Positions 48,973 to 58,261 of a DNA stretch of 64,000 bases are shown in pieces. The position numbers and the translations under genes were made by a program. Source of the stretch: Vulcanimicrobiales bacterium (lineage in GTDB: Bacteria > Vulcanimicrobiota > Vulcanimicrobiia > Vulcanimicrobiales > Vulcanimicrobiaceae); the NCBI GenBank assembly GCA_038231455.1, contig JBBRLI010000001.1, positions 64,001 to 128,000 of the forward strand, given 5' to 3'. The notes under the pieces are model-generated. The model was given only the letters and a program-made list of their open reading frames with translations. It did not search any database and was not told the DNA's origin. The stretch's first letter is position 1; each line of letters begins with the position of its first letter.

Positions 48973-50400
48973 CTAGTGCGGCGCGTAGATATCCGTAGCG
49001 TAGATCGCCGTGACGCTGACATCGGGTGTGTTGGTCCCGAACGCCTTGTTCATCGTATCGATGAAGACGTTCGCGAGCGTCGCGTAGCCCGTGTTCGAGG
49101 GGTGGATACCGTCGAGGCTATAGAAGCCGCCGCCGTACTGAAAGTTACAGCACTTGGGCGGATTGATCGGGATGCCGCCGGCGGTATATGCGGTTTTCAC
49201 AAATGCATGCACGTCGACGAGCGTCGCGCCGGTCGACGATGCGGCCGCGCCGATCGCTGCGTTGTAAGCATCGTTGAGCGACTGCGTCTGCGCGGCGAGC
49301 GCATCTGGCACGTAGTCGCCCGCCGGTGCGAGTGTGAACGACTGCCTCACCGCAAGTGCGCCGAGGATCTTCGAGAGGCCGGAGATCGTCAGATATCCAC
49401 CGGGTCCGACGCCATACGTCGATCGCAAACTCGTGACAACTTGCGCGGCCGTCCCCGATGCAACCGCAAGCGGAAGTCCGGCGCCGACGAGTCGCTGTGT
49501 GATGACCGGACCGACGAGCGGTTGCGGCAAGAACGTCGCTGCCGTCAGCACGTCGACGAGATTGGCGATTGCAACTTTCGATCCGACGGCATTGAGCTGA
49601 CGGATCATCGAAGTCGCATCGGCGCCCATCGAAGCGGGATCGGTCGGGACGACCGCGCCGCCCGAAAGAACGAACTTGAGCAAGTCGTTCGAGCCAAGCC
49701 AGACCGTGGTTATCGTTGGCTTGAGCGCGATTGCGGCTTGTAACTGCGTCACGTTCGGACCGAAGTTCGAAAGAATCGGCAAGATGTTGTCGGATTCCGG
49801 GAACACGACGCCCGAGAGCGCGCCGATTGGTCCGGGCGGAGCGACGCACGGCGTCGTCGGCTGGATTTGAAAGAGCCCTTCATGGAACGTTTGCCCGGGA
49901 ACGGCAACGTCGAACGGCGTCGTACCGGGATTGAGTCGCGTCGAGAGCGCGGTCGATGACGAGAACGCGAGCGCATTTTGCGATCCGCACGTGGTTGTGA
50001 TCGAGGTGAGTCCGCCGGTCGCCGTTGGCACCAGAATCTGCCCGATGCCGGGCGGCGCGATGAGCGGCAACGGCGAGATCGACGGATTACCGGGATCGGC
50101 CCCGGCGTTCATCTGCGACCACAAAAGCGCCCAGAAACCGTGCGGCTGCGTTGCTTGAACGTAGGGATACGGCGAACCGGGGATGGGGTTTGGCGCGACG
50201 TTTGCGCCCATGAGGCCCTGCGATTGGACGCCCGCGGTGAGGCTATCGCCGATACCGACGAGTCGCACCGTCGAGGGAACCGTCGGCGGTAAAACGCGCG
50301 ACGGCGTTGACGAACCCCCGCCGCTGCAGGCGCCAAGAGAGATCATCGCCGCGACGGCGGTGAGTGCGCGCATGCGCTGAATCATCGTTTGCTCCATCAT
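48973..50400 (-). CDS. SGNH/GDSL hydrolase lipoprotein
   Basis: Lipobox LGAC; GDSLTAG, GSND, DGIHP; ATG overlaps the upstream stop. Confidence 0.88.
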   Translation of the reverse strand: MMEQTMIQRMRALTAVAAMISLGACSGGGSSTPSRVLPPTVPSTVRLVGIGDSLTAGVQSQGLMGANVAPNPIPGSPYPYVQATQPHGFWALLWSQMNAGADPGNPSISPLPLIAPPGIGQILVPTATGGLTSITTTCGSQNALAFSSSTALSTRLNPGTTPFDVAVPGQTFHEGLFQIQPTTPCVAPPGPIGALSGVVFPESDNILPILSNFGPNVTQLQAAIALKPTITTVWLGSNDLLKFVLSGGAVVPTDPASMGADATSMIRQLNAVGSKVAIANLVDVLTAATFLPQPLVGPVITQRLVGAGLPLAVASGTAAQVVTSLRSTYGVGPGGYLTISGLSKILGALAVRQSFTLAPAGDYVPDALAAQTQSLNDAYNAAIGAAASSTGATLVDVHAFVKTAYTAGGIPINPPKCCNFQYGGGFYSLDGIHPSNTGYATLANVFIDTMNKAFGTNTPDVSVTAIYATDIYAPH

Positions 50401-51509
50401 AGCGGAATCACCGACGGCGTTCCGATACCGAACATGAGTTGGACTTGCGAGGATTTGAGACCGCGAATGCTCGGGGCAACTTGGTTTGGCGCACACGGCA
50501 GTTGCTGACAGGTCAGCGAGGTGATGCCGTTCGGCGCGATGTTGGTGGGCTGCCCGGCGCTGACGACGGCTTGGATGAACGCCATCTTGCCGATTTTATG
50601 CGAGACGCCCGTGATGATGGTTGGGATATGCTCGGGGAAAACGTCACCGGGCAGATAATCGATCAAGCGCGAGGGTTCTAAAAAGAACGTCGTGCGGTCG
50701 TTTGCGCGATATTCGAGGTAGGCAAGTTCGAAGAGCTGCATGTGATTGCCGGCGGCGTTTGCGCCGTTGAGATTCACGTTCCACTGCGGTGCAAGCGTAA
50801 TCGTGCCGAACATTTTTGAGGTCGAGAGAAACGGCAGCGTGAACGCGACGAGCTTGGTCTGCACGGTACGCAGGCGAACGGTCTGCGGGAGGCCGTTCGT
50901 TTCGATCAGCGTTTCGTCGCTATGTCCGCCGATCGTTCCACGGCGCGCGATATAGCCGGGCGAAACGATGATCGGCAGCTTTCCGCCGATGAGAAAAAGA
51001 TTCTGTGCGACCACCGTGACGATCGAGTTCTTCACGACGACGTCGGTTGGGTTCTGCGAGAGGTCTTGCAGCGCAACAGGCGAGCTGAGGCCCTGCAGAT
51101 ACAACGGCACGACGCCTTTGTCGAAGCCCTCGGGATACTCTTGCAGTTGATAGTAGCCGGCTTGGAGACGGAGCTTGCGCGAGAAGCCGTAGCCAAATGC
51201 GGCATCGACGCCGCCGGGCATTTTCGTATTGTAGCCGATATTGCCGAGCGGATAGGCGATCGATCCGTCGAGCGTGTAGCTGAAGCCCGTCGGAAGACCC
51301 GGTGTTTTGAGCGGCCGCTCCGGCGTACCGACGGGCACCGCCTGCGCGGTCTGCTTCGCCTGTAATGCCTCGCGGATCGCGCGGTTGGCGGGTTGTACGA
51401 TTTGGGTTCGCATCGATTGAGCGTCGATGAGATCGGCTCGCGCGGCGAGCGGAGAAAAGACGAGCGTAGCGGCTGCAAGTGCAGCCGACGTTCGATGCAG
51501 AATTCTCAA
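50397..51509 (-). CDS. Secreted hypothetical protein, possible outer-membrane beta-barrel
   Basis: Signal peptide ARA-D; alternating-pattern strands (FGYGFS..LQAGYY, YLEYR, VQLMFGIG). Confidence 0.55.
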   Translation of the reverse strand: MRILHRTSAALAAATLVFSPLAARADLIDAQSMRTQIVQPANRAIREALQAKQTAQAVPVGTPERPLKTPGLPTGFSYTLDGSIAYPLGNIGYNTKMPGGVDAAFGYGFSRKLRLQAGYYQLQEYPEGFDKGVVPLYLQGLSSPVALQDLSQNPTDVVVKNSIVTVVAQNLFLIGGKLPIIVSPGYIARRGTIGGHSDETLIETNGLPQTVRLRTVQTKLVAFTLPFLSTSKMFGTITLAPQWNVNLNGANAAGNHMQLFELAYLEYRANDRTTFFLEPSRLIDYLPGDVFPEHIPTIITGVSHKIGKMAFIQAVVSAGQPTNIAPNGITSLTCQQLPCAPNQVAPSIRGLKSSQVQLMFGIGTPSVIPL

Positions 51510-51600
51510 AATGAGACCACCCTTTCGGTGTTAAGACAGCCTTAAGGGCTTCCCGCCGGGCGAAAAGAATCTTTTTTCTTCAATCGAAGAGAGTTTTTGA

Positions 51601-53379
51601 ATGGCACTTTCAACCGAAACCTTGGTGACTCTGCTCCGTCGCTCTCTGATCGAGATGCCGCGAACCGCCCTCTCCGAACGCGATGCCGGAGGCGCCTGGG
51701 TCGGTCTCACGACCGCTGACATGCTCGCCCGCGTCGAGTCGATCGCCCTTGCGATCCGTGCTCGCGGCATCGGCCGCGGCGAGCGCGTGGGGCTGATGGC
51801 AAACAACTGCTCCGACTGGATCGTTGTCAACTTCGGCATCCTTTCCGCCGGATGCGTTACGGTGCCGATCTATACGACGCAAGCCTCGGACCAAGTCGAG
51901 ATGATCCTCGTCGACAGCGATGCCAAGCTGCTCTTCATCGATCGCCCCGAGACGGTTGAGCGGCTCCAGACCGCAAGCGTTGCGCTTCCGCCGGTCGTCG
52001 AATTCACCGCGATGCGCGGTCTTGCTGCATTCGAGGCGGAGGGTCTGGCACTTCGCGCTGCCGAGCCCGCGCGCGCCGCGGCGCTTGCCGCCGAGATCGC
52101 GCCTGCGGATCTCGCGGTCCTCATCTACACCTCGGGCACGACCGGACGGCCAAAAGGCGTCATGCTCTCGCATTTCAACATCGCATCGAACGCGATCGAC
52201 TCGTTCGAGACGGTGGCCGACATCATTCCGCCGGGAGCAGCTGTGCTCTCGATGCTGCCGTACGCCCATATTTACGAGCACACCAACATCTTCGGCTATT
52301 TCTCACGCGGCGCGAGCATCTCGATCACGCACGCCCCCGAACAACTGCTCGAAGATCTGCGCTCGGTCAAACCGATCTGCACCTTTGCGGTGCCGCGTAT
52401 ATTCGAGCGCGTGCTCGTCGGTATCAATGCTACGGCGAAAAAGGCCGGCGGCGTGCGCGCGAAGCTCGTGCCGTGGGCGCTAGGCGTCGGCCGCGATTAC
52501 ATGCGTGCCAAACACGGTCAGCGTTCGAACGGCTCGCTGCTCTCGCTCCAGTACGCGCTCGCACACGCGCTCGTACTTAAAAAGATTCGCCCGATGTTGG
52601 GGCTAGACAATCTGGTCTTCTTTGGTAGCGGCAGTGCGCCGCTGCACGAAGATATCGCTTACACGTTTGCGGGCTGCGATATCTCGATTCTCGAGGGTTA
52701 CGGCTTGAGCGAAGCTGCGCCCGTGGTCACGTGCAACGATCCGCACGATCCGCACATCGGCACCGTCGGCAAAGCAATCCCCGGCGTCGAGCTCAAACTC
52801 GGCGGTGATGGCGAGCTGCTCGTGCGCGGGCCAAACGTCATGCAAGGCTACTATCACGATCCCCAATCGACGAGCACAACGCTCATCGACGGCTGGCTGC
52901 ACACCGGCGACATCGCGACGATCGATGCCGAAGGCTACGTCAAAATCACCGATCGTAAAAAAGAACTCTTCAAAACCTCGGGCGGCAAGTACATCGCGCC
53001 GGCGCGCGTGGAAGCAGCGATCAGGCGCTCGGCGTTCGTCAGCCAAGTGCTCGTCCTCGGCGCTGGACAAGCCCACCCGGCAGCACTGGTCTCACCAAAT
53101 TGGCCTGCGCTGAAAGCCGAACTTACGATCGAGGACGCGGTACCGACCGCAGACTGCTCGAAAATGCCGAGTGTCATCGACTTTCTCACCCGCGAGATGA
53201 TCGTGCAAACGAGCGACCTTGCGAGTTTCGAGCAGATTCGTTGGGTCGGCGTGCTGCCGCGCGACTTGACGGTTGAAGACGGCGAACTCTCGCCGACGCT
53301 CAAAGTCAAACGGCGTGTCGTCGAAGAGCGCTATGCCGCGCTAATCGATGCGATATTCGCCGCGGGCGCTCAGCGGTAG
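51601..53379 (+). CDS. Long-chain fatty-acid-CoA ligase (AMP-binding)
   Basis: IYTSGTTGRPKGV, EGYGLSE, GWLHTGD, DRKKELFKTSGGKYIAP. Confidence 0.93.
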   Translation: MALSTETLVTLLRRSLIEMPRTALSERDAGGAWVGLTTADMLARVESIALAIRARGIGRGERVGLMANNCSDWIVVNFGILSAGCVTVPIYTTQASDQVEMILVDSDAKLLFIDRPETVERLQTASVALPPVVEFTAMRGLAAFEAEGLALRAAEPARAAALAAEIAPADLAVLIYTSGTTGRPKGVMLSHFNIASNAIDSFETVADIIPPGAAVLSMLPYAHIYEHTNIFGYFSRGASISITHAPEQLLEDLRSVKPICTFAVPRIFERVLVGINATAKKAGGVRAKLVPWALGVGRDYMRAKHGQRSNGSLLSLQYALAHALVLKKIRPMLGLDNLVFFGSGSAPLHEDIAYTFAGCDISILEGYGLSEAAPVVTCNDPHDPHIGTVGKAIPGVELKLGGDGELLVRGPNVMQGYYHDPQSTSTTLIDGWLHTGDIATIDAEGYVKITDRKKELFKTSGGKYIAPARVEAAIRRSAFVSQVLVLGAGQAHPAALVSPNWPALKAELTIEDAVPTADCSKMPSVIDFLTREMIVQTSDLASFEQIRWVGVLPRDLTVEDGELSPTLKVKRRVVEERYAALIDAIFAAGAQR

Positions 53380-54179
53380 TCGGGCTTCCGTCGTTCGCGG
53401 AACGCGGCGATCGCCTCGGCGAAATCTTCGCCGTTTAAGAACGCCGCATTCCAAATCGCGGTATACGCCAGGCCATCGGCAACGGGGCGATTTTGCGAGG
53501 CGTTCATCACGCGTTTGATCCCGCTCGTCGTGAGCGGTGAGTGCGCGGCAACCTCGGCAGCAACACCCGCTGCGTGCGCGTGCACGTCATCGGCAATCTC
53601 GTTCACCAAACCGATCGCGTGGGCGCGAGCGGCGTCGATCGTCCTGCCGGTCAGCGCGAGTTCGCGCGCGTTGCCCTCGCCGACGATCGTCGGCAATCGC
53701 TGCAAACCGCCGAGATCGGCGACGATCGCGAGCTGCACTTCGCGCAGAGAGAACTGCGCGGCAGGCGTCGCGTAGCGCAAATCGCAAGCTGCCACCAGCT
53801 CCACACCGGATCCGATGCACCAACCGTCGATCGCGGCAAGAACCGGCATCCGCGCGTTTGCGACGGCGTTGAACGCGTTCTGCATTCCGGCCAGCACCGC
53901 GAGAAACGCGACTCGGTCGCGGCCGCTCTGCGTTTGACCGGGTTCGAGTCCCGGTTGCGCGAGCATCGATTGTACGTCGAGGCCGTACGAAAAGTGATCG
54001 CCGCTGCCGCGCAGTACGACGGCGCGAATCGATGGGTCAGCATCGAGCGCAGCCATGGCCGGTGCGAGCTCTCGCCACAGCGCCGGGCCCATCGCGTTGC
54101 CTTTGCCGGGACCGCGTAAGAGCACCGTTGCGACGGGACCGTCACGCTCGATACCGAGCGCCAGGGAATTTTGTTCCAT
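53370..54179 (-). CDS. Crotonase/enoyl-CoA hydratase family (dienoyl-CoA isomerase-like)
   Basis: GKGNAM, FSYGLD, GWCIGSGV, EVQLAIVADLGGLQRLP. Confidence 0.9.
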   Translation of the reverse strand: MEQNSLALGIERDGPVATVLLRGPGKGNAMGPALWRELAPAMAALDADPSIRAVVLRGSGDHFSYGLDVQSMLAQPGLEPGQTQSGRDRVAFLAVLAGMQNAFNAVANARMPVLAAIDGWCIGSGVELVAACDLRYATPAAQFSLREVQLAIVADLGGLQRLPTIVGEGNARELALTGRTIDAARAHAIGLVNEIADDVHAHAAGVAAEVAAHSPLTTSGIKRVMNASQNRPVADGLAYTAIWNAAFLNGEDFAEAIAAFRERRKPDYR

Positions 54180-54220
54180 CAGGCCTACTCCATCGGTCAC
54201 GCTTGTTCCAGAGGATGCAT

Positions 54221-55876
54221 ATGAACGTCGTCAATCGCACCGCCGATATCGGGACGATCCCGGGTCTCATGATGGATGTCCCGCTCACGATCCGCGGAAT
54301 CCTCGAACACGCCGTCCGCAATCATCCAAAACGTGAGATCGTCTCGCGCGACGGCGCGGGAATGGCTCGGTACACCTACCGAGAATTCGGCGCGCGCGTG
54401 GCGCAGCTTGCGAACGCCTTGCGTCGCATGGGCATCAAGCCGGGCGACCGCGTCGCGAGTTTCGCTTGGAATACGCACCGCCATCTCGAGCTCTACTACG
54501 CCGTACCGTGTATCGGCGCGATCCTCCACACGGCGAATATCCGGCTCTTTCCCGATCAAGTTGGCTACGTGATCGAACACGCCGACGATACGGTAATCTT
54601 TGTCGACGGCTCGCTTGCGCCGGCCGTGAAGGCGGCGATCGACGTGCGCCCCGCGCTCGCCGAGCGCGGCTACGTAACGATGGGTGAGGCGGCCGTGGCC
54701 CTGCCGAATGCGCTCGATTACGAAACGCTGCTCGCCGCGGAGAGCACGCAGATCGAATGGCCCGATCTCGATGAGAACGCGGCGGCGATGCTCTGCTATA
54801 CCTCCGCGACGACCGGCGATCCCAAAGCGGCGCTGTACACGCATCGCTCGACCGTCATCCACGCGTTTGCGACCGGTCTTACCGATACGTTCTCGCTCTC
54901 GCAAAAAGATACGGTGCTACCGATCGTCCCACAGTTTCACGTCAACGCCTGGGGGTTGCCGTTTTTGACGCTCCTGATCGGCGCGAAAATCGTGATGCCG
55001 GGTGCGGGAATGGATCAGAAGAGCATCATCGAGTTGATCGAAGCCGAAGGCGTTACGTTTAGCGCCGGCGTTCCGACGGTGTGGCTTGCAATTCGCGATG
55101 CACTGCACGCACGCGGCAAAGGTCTTCCCACCCTAACGCGTTTGATCATCGGCGGCTCCGCCGTACCGCCCAAATTACTCGACGACCTCGAAGATCTCGG
55201 CATCCGTGTGATCCACGCGTGGGGTATGACCGAGATGTCGCCGGTCGGCACGGTCTCGTATCTCAAAGGCGAACTCGAATCGCTGCCGATCGAAGATCAG
55301 CGCCGCAAAAAACTCAAACAAGGGCCGTTCTCGCCGATCGTGCAGTGGAAAGTGCTCGACGACGACGGTCACGACGTTCCGCAAGACGGGCATTCACGCG
55401 GCGAACTCTGGGTGCGCGGTCCAGCGGTCGCTGCATCCTACTATCAGAATCCCGAAGCGACGGCCGCAGCGTTTGTCGATGGCTGGTTTAAAACCGGCGA
55501 TATCGTAACGGTCGATGATGACGGCTACATGGAGATCGTCGACCGCTCGAAAGACCTCGTGAAGTCGGGCGGCGAGTGGATCAGTTCCGTCGAGCTCGAG
55601 AACACGCTAATGGGTCATCCCGCGGTCAAAGAAGCCTGCGTCTTCGGCGTGCCGCACGCAAAGTGGCTCGAACGACCGATCGCCGCGGTCGTCAAACGCG
55701 ATGGGATCGATATCGATGAGACAACACTGCGCGACTGGCTTGGCGAAAAGGTTGCAAAGTGGTGGTTGCCCGATCGCATTGTGTTTGTCGATGCGATTCC
55801 GCGCACGGGCGTCGGCAAATTTCTCAAACGCGACCTGCGCGAGAAATATCACGACTTACTCACCGCAAAATCGTAA
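54221..55876 (+). CDS. Medium/long-chain acyl-CoA ligase (AlkK/DmdB-like)
   Basis: WNTHRHLE, CYTSATTGDPK, FHVNAWG, WGMTE, KSGGEWISS. Confidence 0.92.
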   Translation: MNVVNRTADIGTIPGLMMDVPLTIRGILEHAVRNHPKREIVSRDGAGMARYTYREFGARVAQLANALRRMGIKPGDRVASFAWNTHRHLELYYAVPCIGAILHTANIRLFPDQVGYVIEHADDTVIFVDGSLAPAVKAAIDVRPALAERGYVTMGEAAVALPNALDYETLLAAESTQIEWPDLDENAAAMLCYTSATTGDPKAALYTHRSTVIHAFATGLTDTFSLSQKDTVLPIVPQFHVNAWGLPFLTLLIGAKIVMPGAGMDQKSIIELIEAEGVTFSAGVPTVWLAIRDALHARGKGLPTLTRLIIGGSAVPPKLLDDLEDLGIRVIHAWGMTEMSPVGTVSYLKGELESLPIEDQRRKKLKQGPFSPIVQWKVLDDDGHDVPQDGHSRGELWVRGPAVAASYYQNPEATAAAFVDGWFKTGDIVTVDDDGYMEIVDRSKDLVKSGGEWISSVELENTLMGHPAVKEACVFGVPHAKWLERPIAAVVKRDGIDIDETTLRDWLGEKVAKWWLPDRIVFVDAIPRTGVGKFLKRDLREKYHDLLTAKS

Positions 55877-55909
55877 TGTCTCTCGCGCGCGGCTTCTTCC
55901 GACACGGGG

Positions 55910-56140
55910 TAGCCTGCTCGCACTCTTCTACTACGAATGGGTCCACTACGTCGCGCACGTGCCCTTTCAACCCATGACGCCGGCCGGACGCTGGATGAAA
56001 AAATATCATTTGCTGCACCATTTCAAAAACGAGTGCTCTGGTTCGGCGTGACGAACCCTGCGATGGACATCCTCATCGGAACCTTTCGCGGTCCGAACGA
56101 CGCTCCGTCCGGGACGACGCGACAGCTCTTCCGACCGTAA
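55910..56140 (+). pseudogene. Frameshifted 3' remnant of a fatty-acid hydroxylase / sterol-desaturase family gene
   Basis: YYEWVHYVAH..KKYHLLHHFKNE in one frame, then WFGVTNPAMDILIGT in another; N-terminal His boxes absent. Confidence 0.8.
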
Positions 56141-56142
56141 GG

Positions 56143-56568
56143 CTATGCGCGCGGATAGAGGATCATCTGCGTGCACCGGAAGAGCGCGATCGTGCGACCG
56201 CTGGTCTCGTCCGTAACGATCGAATCCCATACCTGCGTCGTGCGTCCGCCGTGTTCGAGCGTTGCGACACAAGCTATCGCGCCCTCCCGTGCGGTGCCGA
56301 GGAAATTGCTTTTCAGCTCGATTGTCGTAAAGTTCTCGCCACCTTCGGGCAGGCTCGCGAGGCAGCCATAGCCAGCCGATGTGTCGGCAAGCGCGATGAC
56401 GGTCGCCGCGTGCAGATAGCCGTTTGGAGCCATGATTTCGGGTCGCAACCTCAGCCGCGATTCGATGCGGCCGGCGGCGACCGTCGTAATCTCGATGCCG
56501 ATCAAGCCCGGCAGATGCCCGCGGCCGCGTTCGATAAATTCTGCAATGGTCGGCAGGGATCGTGACAT
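56143..56568 (-). CDS. PaaI-family hotdog thioesterase
   Basis: PNGYLHAA..LADT, FTTIELKSNFL, GRTTQVW. Confidence 0.9.
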   Translation of the reverse strand: MSRSLPTIAEFIERGRGHLPGLIGIEITTVAAGRIESRLRLRPEIMAPNGYLHAATVIALADTSAGYGCLASLPEGGENFTTIELKSNFLGTAREGAIACVATLEHGGRTTQVWDSIVTDETSGRTIALFRCTQMILYPRA

Positions 56569-56603
56569 AGGCGCCACTTGCACGCCCGCACGACCCAAGC
56601 CCC

Positions 56604-56798
56604 CTAGCGGCGCGAGCTCGTGTCTCTTGCCGGTTCGGCATCCGGCCGGAGCTTTGCCGTCATCGGATAGCCCTCGACTTCGCGCGGTTCTTCACTTGCG
56701 CGTTCGACATCGCCGCGAATCGTTTCGCCCCGAGTCGAGCGCAGTTTCACGATCGCTTTGCCGTTGCCGTTGCCGAGATCCAGAATATAGTCGCTCAT
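56604..56798 (-). CDS. Small hypothetical protein
   Basis: AGGA RBS before ATG 56798; 64 aa filling the gap between co-oriented genes. Confidence 0.45.
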   Translation of the reverse strand: MSDYILDLGNGNGKAIVKLRSTRGETIRGDVERASEEPREVEGYPMTAKLRPDAEPARDTSSRR

Positions 56799-56848
56799 AT
56801 CCGTCCTATACCCATTCACGACAGCCACGAGCGTGATGCGACGTACGT

Positions 56849-58207
56849 TTAGAGCGCGCTTACCTTGCTTTTCAGCCAAAAGAATTTGTAATACACAAGA
56901 TTGCCGGCCAGCGAGCAGATGAACGCAATCGGATAGGCATACCAAATGCCGCTGAGCCCAAGCGGGCCGCGCGAGAGCACATAAGCGACCGGAACCTCAA
57001 TTCCCCAAATCGCAATCAGCGAGATCAACGTCGGCCAGAGTACCGTGCCGCTCGAGCGCATGATGCCTCCAATGACACTCGTATTTCCGATGATTGCGTA
57101 GCTCCAGAGCGTGATCGAGAGGAGACCGTGCGCAACCTCGAGCGTTTGCCGATCGGTGATGAAGAGTCCGAGTACCATCCATGAAAAAGCGTATATGATC
57201 GTAATAATCGTGCCGCTGATGATGTAGTTGAGGACGATCGCCGAGCGGACGATCCCGCGCAGCCGGTCGAATCGCTTTGCACCAATCGACTGCGCGCCGA
57301 AAATCGATGCGGCGATTCCAATCGTGATCGCGGGAAATTGAACGAAACTGACGACCTGATTCACCGCACCGTACGCCGCGGTCGCGCGCGACCCGAAATG
57401 GTTAACGAACGAAATCACTGCGATCTCCGAGAGCGAGACCATCACGAATTGCAGCCCGGTCGGCACGCCGATACGAACGACGTTCTTGAGGATCGGCCAC
57501 TGCAGCTTGAAGTTCGCCGCGATTTCACGATCGAATGCCAGCGGATGATTGCGCGCCCGCAGGTACGCGAGCATGGCGGTTAAGGTGAGGAGCGTGGAGA
57601 TGATGCCGGCATAGGCGGCGCTGTTGATGCCCAGCCGCGGCAACCCGAACCATCCCAAGATCAGCGCAGGGGTCGTAATGAACCCAACGAGCGTACTCAC
57701 GATCAGCGAATAAAACGGTGTTGTCGCATCGCCGCTACCACGGATGAACGAGGTGTACGAGAGATAGACGAAGAGCAGCGGAAACGAGAGGAACATGATG
57801 CGTGCGTAGCTCGTCGCTTCCGCCAGGATGTCGCTGGGCGTACCGATTGCAGCAAGGATCGGTCCCGTGCCAAGCACGCCGACGATCGCAACGACCGTCC
57901 CGACGATCAGCGAGAGCGCGAGCGTCGTCCCCGCGATCGCCTTCAGCCGCCCAAGATCGCCCGCGCCTTTTGCCTGGCCGATGAGAACGGAACTTCCGCT
58001 GCCAATCCCGACAAAGAACGAAATGAGGAAAAAGATGATCGGAAAGAGCGATGAGACCGCCGCCAGTGCTCCGACTCCGATCAGCCGCCCAAGAAAGATC
58101 GAGTTAAGCGTGCCGCCTGCCGACTGCAAGATGCTCGAGAGCATCAGCGGGATCAAGAATACGCCAAGCGACTTCCAAATGGGTTTGGAGTCATCGAGGG
58201 CCGCCAT
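56849..58207 (-). CDS. MATE-family efflux transporter
   Basis: About 12 TMs; LIGQAKGAG, RGSGD..TP, LPRLG, GAQSIGA. Confidence 0.93.
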   Translation of the reverse strand: MAALDDSKPIWKSLGVFLIPLMLSSILQSAGGTLNSIFLGRLIGVGALAAVSSLFPIIFFLISFFVGIGSGSSVLIGQAKGAGDLGRLKAIAGTTLALSLIVGTVVAIVGVLGTGPILAAIGTPSDILAEATSYARIMFLSFPLLFVYLSYTSFIRGSGDATTPFYSLIVSTLVGFITTPALILGWFGLPRLGINSAAYAGIISTLLTLTAMLAYLRARNHPLAFDREIAANFKLQWPILKNVVRIGVPTGLQFVMVSLSEIAVISFVNHFGSRATAAYGAVNQVVSFVQFPAITIGIAASIFGAQSIGAKRFDRLRGIVRSAIVLNYIISGTIITIIYAFSWMVLGLFITDRQTLEVAHGLLSITLWSYAIIGNTSVIGGIMRSSGTVLWPTLISLIAIWGIEVPVAYVLSRGPLGLSGIWYAYPIAFICSLAGNLVYYKFFWLKSKVSAL

Positions 58208-58261
58208 CGAACGCACCGCCCGCTCTTATTCACGCGCGTTTCCCGTCCCCGCGTTCACCGC

